Shown: one piece after another, positions 50,418-59,207 of the stretch | How positions within the stretch are numbered: position 1 is the first letter of the stretch | Layout: each line of letters starts with the position of its first letter | NCBI GenBank assembly: GCA_963734295.1 | Contig: CAVTGS010000021.1 | Span: forward strand, 4,892 to 68,891 | DNA: 64,000 nucleotides | Reading direction: 5' to 3' | Source: an uncultured beta proteobacterium | GTDB lineage: Bacteria; Pseudomonadota; Gammaproteobacteria; Burkholderiales; JAEUMW01 | Made by a program: the position numbers and the translations under genes | The notes under the pieces: generated by a model | The model's input: only the letters and a program-made list of their open reading frames with translations | Told to the model about the DNA's origin: nothing | Database searches by the model: none

Positions 50418-52058
50418 ATGCTCTTCAATTCCTTCGAGTTCATCTTCCTGTTCCTGCCGGCGACGCTGGCGGGTTTCTTTCTCCTCGGCAGGACGTCCCG
50501 CGTTTGGGCGCTGGGTTGGCTCGTCGTCGCGTCGCTGCTTTTCTACGCCTGGTGGCGGCCCCTAAACGTCCTGATCATCGCGCCGTCCATACTCGTCAAC
50601 TTCGTCCTCGCGCGACTGCTGCTGCGGCTCCGCTCGGACCCGAGACGCGCCCGCACCGCGCGACTCGTACTCGCGCTCGGGATCGTGTTCAATATCGCGT
50701 TCCTGGGCTACTTCAAGTACGTGAACTTCTTCAGCACCGTGGTGAACGACGTCGCCGGCACGCATTTCTTTCTGACGCAGGTCGTGCTGCCGCTCGGGAT
50801 TTCGTTTATTACGTTCCAGAAGATCGCGTTCCTCATCGACGTCCATGCACGACGCGTCGAATCGTTCACGCTGGGAGACTACTGCCTCTTCGTGTTGTTC
50901 TTTCCCCAATTGATCGCCGGGCCGATCGTGCACTATCGCGAGATGATGCCGCAGTTTCACAAGGCCTCATGCCGCTTCGACAAGGAGAACATCTCGGTCG
51001 GCCTGACGCTGTTTCTTATGGGGCTGTTCAAGAAGGTCGTTCTCGCCGACGGGATAGCGGCTCACGTCTCGCCCATCTACGAGGCTGCGGCCGCAGGCGG
51101 GGACGCCTCGCTCTTTCCCGCCTGGATGGCGGCAGTCGGCTTCACGCTGCAGATATACTTCGATTTCTCCGGCTATACCGACATGGCCCTCGGACTGGCA
51201 CGCTGCTTCGGAGTCCGACTTCCCCCCAACTTCGACTCCCCCTTGAAGGCATCGAGCATCATTGATTTCTGGCTGCGTTGGCACATGACTTTGACGCGCT
51301 TCCTTACAGCCTATCTGTACAACCCGCTGGTTCTTTGGCTGACGCGGCGCAGACTCGCTGCCGGCAAAACCGTGCTCGGGGGGCGCGACGCAGGCATCGG
51401 CGGCGCCTACTTTCACCTGCTGGCCGGCCCGACACTGCTCACGATGTTCGTGTCCGGACTCTGGCATGGCGCAGGCTATGTCTTCATTCTGTGGGGCCTG
51501 CTGCACGGGCTCTATCTCGCCATCAACCATGCTTGGCGCATGGTCGGCCCGCGATTCTGGCCGAACAAGGCGAGCTATACCCGCTCCATGCGGCCCGTCG
51601 GGTTCGTGTTGACGTTTCTCGCCGTAGTGGTCGCCATGGTTCTGTTCCGCTCGCCGACGGTAACTACCGCCAGTGAGTTGCTGCAGGGCATGGCAGGACT
51701 CAATGGCATCAGCCTGCCGCAGCAGATCTTCGAACGGCTAGGTCCCCTGACACCTCTGCTGCGTCCGATCGTTTCGGCCTCCGGTACAGCTGCGGGCAGC
51801 GGCGCGGAGTTCACCGCGACAGTCATGTGGATCGTGGCATTGCTTGCAATCGCTTTGGCGTTCCCGAACTCGTTGCAGATCATGTCGCGCTACGAGCCCG
51901 CGATCGGGGTGAAATGCCGCCCCGCAGATCTCGGCAGATGGGCCTGGATACTAGATTGGAGACCTACGCTGCCATGGGCCTTCCTGATGTCGGCCCTTGC
52001 CGTGACCTCTGTAATAAAACTCGGCGGCAAGAGCGAGTTCCTGTACTGGCAGTTCTAG
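50418..52058 (+). CDS. MBOAT-family membrane-bound O-acyltransferase (AlgI/DltB-like)
   Basis: MLFNSFEFIFLFLP... LPLGISFITFQ.IAFLIDV ... FFPQLIAGPIV ... DFWLRWHMTLTRFLTAYLYNPL contains the invariant MBOAT histidine. Confidence 0.9.
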   Translation: MLFNSFEFIFLFLPATLAGFFLLGRTSRVWALGWLVVASLLFYAWWRPLNVLIIAPSILVNFVLARLLLRLRSDPRRARTARLVLALGIVFNIAFLGYFKYVNFFSTVVNDVAGTHFFLTQVVLPLGISFITFQKIAFLIDVHARRVESFTLGDYCLFVLFFPQLIAGPIVHYREMMPQFHKASCRFDKENISVGLTLFLMGLFKKVVLADGIAAHVSPIYEAAAAGGDASLFPAWMAAVGFTLQIYFDFSGYTDMALGLARCFGVRLPPNFDSPLKASSIIDFWLRWHMTLTRFLTAYLYNPLVLWLTRRRLAAGKTVLGGRDAGIGGAYFHLLAGPTLLTMFVSGLWHGAGYVFILWGLLHGLYLAINHAWRMVGPRFWPNKASYTRSMRPVGFVLTFLAVVVAMVLFRSPTVTTASELLQGMAGLNGISLPQQIFERLGPLTPLLRPIVSASGTAAGSGAEFTATVMWIVALLAIALAFPNSLQIMSRYEPAIGVKCRPADLGRWAWILDWRPTLPWAFLMSALAVTSVIKLGGKSEFLYWQF

Positions 52059-52167
52059 CGACCGGAAACTCGGCAGGGCAAGGCTAGCGTGGGCACGATT
52101 CGTCAATCGATCCGGAACCGCCGGCACACGGCTTGCTGTTTTTCGCCGGCGTGCCTGCGGGAGCGTA

Positions 52168-53235
52168 ATGCTCTTACCATATCACTACAACCTGGCTCAT
52201 CACTTCATGCATTCTCCGACGCTCGCGAGCTCTGAAAGCACTGCCAAGAACAAGGGGACTTCCGTTGCGCTGCTTTCCGCGCGGCCCGGACTCTACGTTC
52301 TGATCCTTGTCTGCAGCGTGCTCGGAGCATTCACTTACAAGATGCGCGGTGAAGGGGTTTTTGCCTGTCCCGCCAGTGGTTATCGGTCCAACCATTATCT
52401 GGCGCACTGCGAAACTACCGGATACGCCGACTACGATCATGGCGCGCTTTGGTTCGATCTGGAGCCGGAAGCCCGAGGCTCTGCGGCAAATGCTGAAGTT
52501 CTATTTCTGGGCAGCAGCAGAATGCAGTTCGCGTTCTCGACGGACGCAACCAGTAACTGGTTTGCGGCGCTCGCTGCGCCATACTATCTCTTGGGCTTCA
52601 GCTATACCGAAAACGTTTTGTTCGCAGAGCCGCTTCTCGCGGCTTTGCGCCCTCGCGCAAAGGTATACGTGATTAATGCGGACCGATTCTTTGATGACTC
52701 CAGACTGACCCCTCCAGCGAACCAGATCCTTCGTGATACCGACGCGCGCTCCAGATACAAGGACAAGCAGTTCTGGCAATCTCTTCACAGGAGCATCTGC
52801 ACGACGGTTCCAGCTGTCTGCGGGACAAAGCCCGCATTCTTTCGATCCCGGGATAACGGGGCGTGGGAATTGGAGGGTTCAACAGCAGTTTGGAATGCTG
52901 CTCCCAAGACGACCTCGGATGGGCCGGCCAGCGAAGTCGAGCGCTGGGACCACTTCTCCGCGCTGGGACAGAAGTTTCTGTCAGGGCTAGGGACCGACCG
53001 AGACTGCGTATTCTTGACCCTTGCTCCATACGAGGGGACCAAAAGAGCAGAGGCACAGGCTATCGCCAAGGCGCTGGGGCTCGACCTAGTAGCGCCCAAT
53101 CCGGACGGCCTCAAGACGTTCGATGGCTCGCACCTCGATCGCCAGAGTGCGGAGCGCTGGTCACAAGCATTCTTCGACGCGGCCGGTCCGCGCATCCGAA
53201 AGTGCCTCGACAACACTGCACTCGGTTCTCGATAA
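52168..53235 (+). CDS. Membrane-anchored DltD-like / SGNH-like putative acyl-transfer partner of the MBOAT
   Basis: One N-terminal TM helix (GLYVLILVCSVLGAF). VLFLGSSRM resembles the DltD nucleophile motif (YGSSE), and near the C-terminus FDGSHLD gives a D-x-x-H pair as in SGNH/DltD triads. No other family recognised. Confidence 0.45.
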   Translation: MLLPYHYNLAHHFMHSPTLASSESTAKNKGTSVALLSARPGLYVLILVCSVLGAFTYKMRGEGVFACPASGYRSNHYLAHCETTGYADYDHGALWFDLEPEARGSAANAEVLFLGSSRMQFAFSTDATSNWFAALAAPYYLLGFSYTENVLFAEPLLAALRPRAKVYVINADRFFDDSRLTPPANQILRDTDARSRYKDKQFWQSLHRSICTTVPAVCGTKPAFFRSRDNGAWELEGSTAVWNAAPKTTSDGPASEVERWDHFSALGQKFLSGLGTDRDCVFLTLAPYEGTKRAEAQAIAKALGLDLVAPNPDGLKTFDGSHLDRQSAERWSQAFFDAAGPRIRKCLDNTALGSR

Positions 53236-53285
53236 CGGCACACGCTCGGTTTTGGTCCACAGTTTTGCAATACAAGCTCGTTGAA

Positions 53286-55175
53286 ATGAACTGGTTGCCG
53301 ATCCCGCAGGATTTTCGCCAGAGCCTTCGCTCAGCGATAGCAACTGCCACAGCACCGGAGCGCCTCACGCGACTTGCCGAACTCGCTGAGTTTCGCCTGG
53401 GTTTTCTCGAAACAATTCAGCTCGACAACGCGCTACGGCAGATTCCTGGAGGAGATTTTGCGGGCTTTTCTCGAATCCGCCTTGCCGTTCTTTCCTCTGC
53501 CACGGTAGACCACCTGCTCCCTGCGATCCGTGTCGCCGGGCTACGGAGACGAATTCTCTTTGATCTTCACAGGGGCGCTTACGGCCAGTTTCGACAGGAG
53601 CTTCTTGATCCCGCCCCGCCGCTCCGAGCCTTCGAGCCGGAGGTGATCCTGTTGTCGCTCACTGCCCGCGAGACGATCGCGGGGGTGCCGCTCGGGGCGA
53701 CCGCCGAGGATGCGGAGGAGGCGGTGGCACGCACCACGGAGGAGCTTTGTCGGCTTTGGAGCAGCGCACGGGAGAACTTTAATGCTTTGGTCATCCAACA
53801 GTCGTTTCTCGATGCCTCCGAACCACTCTTTGGCAGCTACGACCGGCTCGTGCCCGGCACGCCGACGCGTCTGGTCGCCCGTCTCAACGACCGTGTGGCG
53901 GACGCCGCCTCGCACAACCGGGTACTGCTCCTCGACGTGGCGCGCGCGAGTGCGCGTGACGGCATCGACGCGTGGTTCGACGTCGCGCGTTGGCTCCAGG
54001 GCAAGATCGAGATAGCGCCGCAGTCGGCGCCAAACTACGGCGAATTGGTTGCCCGGGTGGTCGCGGCACAGCGTGGTCAGTCGAGAAAATGCTTGGTGCT
54101 GGATCTCGACAACACGCTTTGGGGCGGCGTGATCGGAGACGATGGACTGGAGGGAATAGTCCTCGGCGAGGGCAGCGCTCTCGGCGAAGCACACCTGGCC
54201 TTGCAGCGTTTCGCGAGGCAGCTCAAGGAGCGAGGCATCATCCTCGCCGTGTGCTCCAAGAACGAGCTGGCGATTGCGGAGTCCGTCTTTCGGGATCACC
54301 CGGAAATGGCACTCAGGCGATCGGACATCTCAGCGTTCGTAGCAAACTGGAACGACAAGGCAGACAATCTCAGAGCGATTGCGCTGCAACTCAATATAGG
54401 ACTCGATAGCCTGGTATTCGTCGACGACAACCCGGTCGAACGAGCCCGGGTCCGCGAGAGCCTGCCGATGGTGGCGGTCCCGGAACTACCCGCGGACGCA
54501 GCCCATTACGTGCGCTGTATCGCCGACGCGGGTTATTTCGAAGCGGTCAGCTTCACTGAAGAGGATCGCGACCGCGCCGGTCAATATGCTGCGAACGCCG
54601 AGCGAGAGGCGCTCCGCAGCGCATCCCCGGGCATGGCGCCTTTTCTGCAAGGGCTGGACATGACGGTCGAGTTCGGCCCCGTGACGCTGGTCGACCTCGC
54701 CCGGGTAACCCAGCTCATCAACAAGACGAATCAGTTTAATACGACGACTCGCCGCTATGGGGCGGAAGAGGTGGCAAGACTTGCGAGCTCGCCTGAGAAT
54801 CTGGTTCTCCAGTTTCGACTCTCGGACCGATTCGGCGAAAATGGGTTGGTGAGTGTCATGGTCCTGCGACCAGTTCTCGATGATCAGGACGTTCTCGAGA
54901 TTGATATCTGGGTGATGAGCTGCCGGGTGTTCGGTCGCGATCTCGAAGTCGAAGCGATGAACATCGCCGTGGAAGCCGCGCGCAGCAGAGGGGTGCGCCA
55001 GTTGCGCGCCGCCTATATCCCGACAGCGAAGAATGGCATCGTCAGCGATCTGTACGGAAGGTTTGGGTTCTCGAGCCGCCCCGAACCCGCTCTCGGAGAA
55101 GGCGCGAGTCGCTGGCTCCTTGATGTCTCTGAGTACGTCCCGCGCCCAACTTTCATCAATCGAAGGACACAGTAA
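53286..55175 (+). CDS. FkbH-like protein (HAD-superfamily phosphatase subfamily IIIC plus C-terminal acyltransferase-like domain)
   Basis: 629 aa. KCLVLDLDNTLWGGVIGDDGLEGIVLG, ILAVCSKN, WNDKADNLRAIALQLNIGLDSLVFVDDNPVERARV and LINKTNQFNTTTRRY are the FkbH/HAD-IIIC hallmarks. Confidence 0.85.
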   Translation: MNWLPIPQDFRQSLRSAIATATAPERLTRLAELAEFRLGFLETIQLDNALRQIPGGDFAGFSRIRLAVLSSATVDHLLPAIRVAGLRRRILFDLHRGAYGQFRQELLDPAPPLRAFEPEVILLSLTARETIAGVPLGATAEDAEEAVARTTEELCRLWSSARENFNALVIQQSFLDASEPLFGSYDRLVPGTPTRLVARLNDRVADAASHNRVLLLDVARASARDGIDAWFDVARWLQGKIEIAPQSAPNYGELVARVVAAQRGQSRKCLVLDLDNTLWGGVIGDDGLEGIVLGEGSALGEAHLALQRFARQLKERGIILAVCSKNELAIAESVFRDHPEMALRRSDISAFVANWNDKADNLRAIALQLNIGLDSLVFVDDNPVERARVRESLPMVAVPELPADAAHYVRCIADAGYFEAVSFTEEDRDRAGQYAANAEREALRSASPGMAPFLQGLDMTVEFGPVTLVDLARVTQLINKTNQFNTTTRRYGAEEVARLASSPENLVLQFRLSDRFGENGLVSVMVLRPVLDDQDVLEIDIWVMSCRVFGRDLEVEAMNIAVEAARSRGVRQLRAAYIPTAKNGIVSDLYGRFGFSSRPEPALGEGASRWLLDVSEYVPRPTFINRRTQ

Positions 55176-55176
55176 C

Positions 55177-55419
55177 GTGACCGATCAAGAACTCCTTGCG
55201 GTATTCACTCGGATCCTGCGCGATCTGCTCGCCGACGACTCCATCGTGCTCGACATGGACACGACGCGCAGCGATGTCCCGGACTGGGATTCGTTCAAGT
55301 ACGTTACCTTCATCGTTTCCGCCGAGATGGAGCTCGGGATCAAGTTCGGCGTAGCGGACGTGGAATCCTTCCAGACGGTGGGAGACATCGTGACGGAGGC
55401 TCGTGTGCTTCTGGGCTGA
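55177..55419 (+). CDS. Acyl carrier protein (stand-alone, FkbH-associated type)
   Basis: 80 aa. GTG lies 1 nt after the FkbH stop. ..DSIVLDMDTTRSDVPDWDSFKYVTFIVSAEMELGI.. has the phosphopantetheine Ser in a DWDS motif. Confidence 0.8.
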   Translation: MTDQELLAVFTRILRDLLADDSIVLDMDTTRSDVPDWDSFKYVTFIVSAEMELGIKFGVADVESFQTVGDIVTEARVLLG

Positions 55420-55452
55420 TTCCCCGGCGTCCGCAGGTTCAGAGCGGCGCAA

Positions 55453-57525
55453 TCAATTCGGCAGCAACCCGTAGACGGTAAGCTCCGTCTGTGTTCCGAC
55501 ATACACCTTGCCGTTGGCCACGGTCGGAACCGTAAACTTCACTGCGTGGCCGGCTTGATCGCGGTTGCTGTCTGCCTGCCCGCTGTTCCATAGTTCGTGC
55601 GCCAGATTCGTTGCATCATAGGCATGGAGAACGGCAGGCCCGCTTCGGCTTGCCGGCCAAGGGGAAGGCTTGCCATTCTGCCAATAACCACCGGTGGGCG
55701 TGCCGTGCATGAACGAATCGATGACCCACACGATCCCGTTCGTTGCACCGCGCGAGGAGACCGCTGGACCGGCTCCGGGATATCCTATCTTGTGGCTGGA
55801 TACGGACGTAGGCTGCAGCGAGATGCGGGCTTCGCTAATAGCGTATGACTTCAATACGTCCCGAACAGCCTGAACGTAGAGGCGGCCCTCCCACACGGCC
55901 GGCGTGGTAAAGATGCCGCAGACCACGCAAGGCTCGTCGATGCCGTCGAGGGCGAGCTGCTGAACGATATTCGAGTTGCTCGGGCAGCCGTCGCAGTATC
56001 CCCCCATGTCGCTGCGGTCCACCAGATAGAGCTGTCCCGACTTGTCTCCGGCGACCAGCAGGTGAGGGTGTGCCTTCGATCCGACGGAGGCCGGAAGTAC
56101 GAGGGGGCCGCCCGATCCCAGATCGAGATCGAGAGGGTTCAGCTCCTCCTGATTGAATGGGGTGAAGAAACCCGCCACCGCCAGGCTCCCGCCTTGCGTG
56201 CTCAGTTTGATGAAGGTGCTTCCATAGTTCGTGCGGGGCGAGGTCGTGTCGAAGGTCCCGTTCCCCGTTATCACATAGATGTATCCCTCGTCGTCCGCAG
56301 CGATGTGCCATATTCCCGCAGCAGAGCTATTGGGAGACGTATTGAAAAGGGCCGGCGGCTCGGCGAGGTTCGATGCGTTGTACCCGATGACCCAACCGTG
56401 ATAGTGGGGCCTGACATCCCCGTGGGACCCCCACGCGATATAGACCTTGCCGTTAATCAAGAGCAGAGCGGGTCGCTGGTTCTGGTGCAGCGGGCAGAAC
56501 GCGATCCGTCCTTCCGGGCTCGGGCACAATTCATCCTTCGGCTCGTCGCTCCCCGCAACCGTGAGCGCGCTGGAGATCTCCGCAGGTCCGTTCTGCTTCT
56601 CGCTGCCATCCACGATGCTCAACGCATGCAGGCGCTGGTGGTATTGTGATCCGTCCCTGTCTTTCCGTACGAACCCGAGCGCGCGTCTGAGGGGGCCTTT
56701 CTCTCTCGTCCTTGTCACGACGTAAAGGGTACCAGTCGCCGGATCAATAACCGGGGTGCCGGTAATGCCGATCTGGTCCTTGATGTCCCACGTGTTGCCT
56801 GTTCTTTCCGCGGGGACGGGAATGACCTCTCTCGGCAGAGTCAGGTAGGTCTTGTCGACGAAACTCCTGTGCCAATACGTGTGGCACGGGTTCCTGTCGG
56901 CGTCGAAAGCATATACGCTGTTGTTTTGCGTGGCGACGAAGACGACGTTATGCACGCCGTCGGCAATGGCGAGGTTGGCGACATACAGCGGCTGTGCATA
57001 CACCTCGCCGTCGACGGCACAAGAGAACAGCTTGCCGAAGCTGGACGTGTTGACCGTTGCCGGAGTTAACGCATACTCCTGACGATTCTGCCCGGTGCGC
57101 TGGCGGTCGTAGCGCCCGGTGAAGACACCATCGAGATCCGTGACGGCGACCTCCGCGGTCGCCGTCGCATGCGCACCGCTACGGGCCGTGATGGCATGTG
57201 TCCCGCCGGAACGCGGTGGCGAATAGAGCCCGCTATCGCTGATGGTGCCGACCTTGGCGTTACCTCCTGGGATTCCGTCTACCTCCCAGAGAACAGGAGC
57301 ATCAATGCTTTGCGCCGCACGAAACTGCTGAGTCTGAGAGACAGTCAACGCGGCACGCTTTGGACTCACAGACAACGACCGTGGAGCGGATGGCAAGTCA
57401 CCCACGCCGCACCCTGTCAAACAAGCCATGAGCATGAGCCCCGGCAGGCCAGACCGTCCAGACTTTAGAATATCTGCACGGCGCCCGGTAGCGGAGCGCA
57501 GAAGCCAGAGCAGTCGGAGAATCAT
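55453..57525 (-). CDS. Secreted lipoprotein: Ig-like (Big_2-type) domain plus PQQ-like/BamB-like beta-propeller
   Basis: Lipobox LMACLTGCG. LSVSPKRAALTVSQTQQFRA...GTISDSGLYSPP...ATAEVAVTD is Ig-like. ..GEVYAQPLYV....NVVFVATQNNSVYAFDA.. and later repeats are propeller blades. Confidence 0.6.
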   Translation of the reverse strand: MILRLLWLLRSATGRRADILKSGRSGLPGLMLMACLTGCGVGDLPSAPRSLSVSPKRAALTVSQTQQFRAAQSIDAPVLWEVDGIPGGNAKVGTISDSGLYSPPRSGGTHAITARSGAHATATAEVAVTDLDGVFTGRYDRQRTGQNRQEYALTPATVNTSSFGKLFSCAVDGEVYAQPLYVANLAIADGVHNVVFVATQNNSVYAFDADRNPCHTYWHRSFVDKTYLTLPREVIPVPAERTGNTWDIKDQIGITGTPVIDPATGTLYVVTRTREKGPLRRALGFVRKDRDGSQYHQRLHALSIVDGSEKQNGPAEISSALTVAGSDEPKDELCPSPEGRIAFCPLHQNQRPALLLINGKVYIAWGSHGDVRPHYHGWVIGYNASNLAEPPALFNTSPNSSAAGIWHIAADDEGYIYVITGNGTFDTTSPRTNYGSTFIKLSTQGGSLAVAGFFTPFNQEELNPLDLDLGSGGPLVLPASVGSKAHPHLLVAGDKSGQLYLVDRSDMGGYCDGCPSNSNIVQQLALDGIDEPCVVCGIFTTPAVWEGRLYVQAVRDVLKSYAISEARISLQPTSVSSHKIGYPGAGPAVSSRGATNGIVWVIDSFMHGTPTGGYWQNGKPSPWPASRSGPAVLHAYDATNLAHELWNSGQADSNRDQAGHAVKFTVPTVANGKVYVGTQTELTVYGLLPN

Positions 57526-57709
57526 GCGAAACCTTGAAATCGGACAGCGGGCAAATCAGCTATTCGCAGATCTCGGAGAATTTCAAGCAGCGCGATCACG
57601 GGTCAAGTGGCCGAACGGCGACGAAGCTGGCAGATCGATTTTGCGGGGACAGGACTTCAGGAGCGGCAGCTCGAATGGGGTTGACGAGACTCGCGCGAGA
57701 CATGCCGCT

Positions 57710-58345
57710 TCAGATGACCAGTTTGCGGGCGAAGTATGCTTCGGCGTACTTTTCACCACATTCGACCCCACGCAGACGCATCATGGCCCTGAAGGTCTCT
57801 TCGGAGAACCAGTGCTTTCCCGCCTGCGTTGGGAAGGCCGACATCACATACTTAATCTTGCGCTCGCAGAGCTCTTCAGGTATCGGGACGAACAGGTTGG
57901 GGCGGCCGAGGTCGCCGTCGTATTTGGGGATCTCGAACTCCAAAATCGCGTGCCGCCGGAAAGTGTTCCAGGTCAGCTCGTGGATGAGGCGATGATCCTG
58001 ATGGGCGTCGAGCGCACTGTGGGTCAGAATGAGGTCGGGCTCGATCTCGCCCTTGAGCAGCTCGAAAGCTTGCTTGATCGCATCACCCTGGTAGGGAAAG
58101 TAACCGTCCCGAAAGTCCCGTATGACAACCTTGCGTGCCGGGGTCCGCTCGAGAAAGCGCGCGGCGCTTCGCTCCGCCTCAAGCGCGCGTTCACCAACCG
58201 CGCTGAAGACCACCCAGTGGACGGTCGCTTGCGGGTGCTCACAGAGAAGGCGGAGAATCGTCCCGCCAGCTCCGATCTCTATGTCATCAGCATGAGCGCC
58301 AAGGCAGAGCAGGTGATCTAGTCTTCCCGGTACGAAACGGATCAT
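57710..58345 (-). CDS. PIG-L/LmbE-family deacetylase
   Basis: LLCLGAHADDIEIGAGGT....H......DHR is the PIG-L zinc-binding pattern (AHADD..., HxDH). Confidence 0.85.
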   Translation of the reverse strand: MIRFVPGRLDHLLCLGAHADDIEIGAGGTILRLLCEHPQATVHWVVFSAVGERALEAERSAARFLERTPARKVVIRDFRDGYFPYQGDAIKQAFELLKGEIEPDLILTHSALDAHQDHRLIHELTWNTFRRHAILEFEIPKYDGDLGRPNLFVPIPEELCERKIKYVMSAFPTQAGKHWFSEETFRAMMRLRGVECGEKYAEAYFARKLVI

Positions 58346-58399
58346 CGCTGTCAGTCCATCTCGGGCACAAGCTCAGCGCGAAGTAGCGTGCCCGCCACC

Positions 58400-59185
58400 T
58401 TACCCGCGCGCCTTGCGCCAGACCTCCCAAGGCGCCTCGCCTCGCGTGCAAAGATCGTCCAACATCTGCCGTTCCTTGAAGGTGTCCATGCAGGCCCAGA
58501 AGCCCGAATGCCTGTACGCGATCAGATCGCCAGTCGGCATAAGCCTCTGAAAGGCTTCGACCACCAGCTCGTCGCCCTCGTCGAGGTAGTCGAAGATCTG
58601 CTGCTTCAAGCAAAAAAAACCGCCATTAATCCACAAGTCGGATTCAGTTACCGCATCGATGCTCAGTACACGGCTCGCGGTGTCGGTCTTGACGACGTGG
58701 AAAGAATGTGGCGGACGCACGGAGAGAAAACCTGCGACCTTGTCTTGCTGCTGAAAGAAATCGATGAGCGCGGGGAGCGGCACATCGGACAGATTGTCAC
58801 TGTAGTTGGCGAGGAACCAGGGCTCGCCTTGCAGATGGTGCTGCACAGCCCGCAGGCGCTGCCCGATATTCGAGTGCATGCCGGTGTCGACGAAGGTGAT
58901 GGACCAGTCCTGTATATCGGTGTTGAGGAGTTCCACCTTGCGGCCGCCTTCTCGAAGGACGAAGTCGTTCGAGACGGTTTCATCGTAGTTCCGGAAATAG
59001 CTCTTGACGACATCCGCCTTGTGGCCCAGACACAAGATGAAGTCTCGATGCCCGTAATGTGCGTAATATTTCATCAGGTGCCATACGATCGGGCGATGTC
59101 CGATCGGGACCATCGGCTTGGGCAGGGCTTCGGAAAACTCCCGCAGCCGCAATCCCAGACCGCCACAGAAGAGGACGACTTTCAT
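58400..59185 (-). CDS. rfbF: Glucose-1-phosphate cytidylyltransferase
   Basis: 261 aa. MKVVLFCGGLGLRLRE.SE..PKPMV.IG.RPI.WH.MK.Y...G..DFILCLG.K......YF.NY ... FW.CMDT.KE...L is a classic RfbF sequence. Confidence 0.9.
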   Translation of the reverse strand: MKVVLFCGGLGLRLREFSEALPKPMVPIGHRPIVWHLMKYYAHYGHRDFILCLGHKADVVKSYFRNYDETVSNDFVLREGGRKVELLNTDIQDWSITFVDTGMHSNIGQRLRAVQHHLQGEPWFLANYSDNLSDVPLPALIDFFQQQDKVAGFLSVRPPHSFHVVKTDTASRVLSIDAVTESDLWINGGFFCLKQQIFDYLDEGDELVVEAFQRLMPTGDLIAYRHSGFWACMDTFKERQMLDDLCTRGEAPWEVWRKARG

Positions 59186-59207
59186 CGAGGCTCTCGTCTG
59201 CGGGCGC

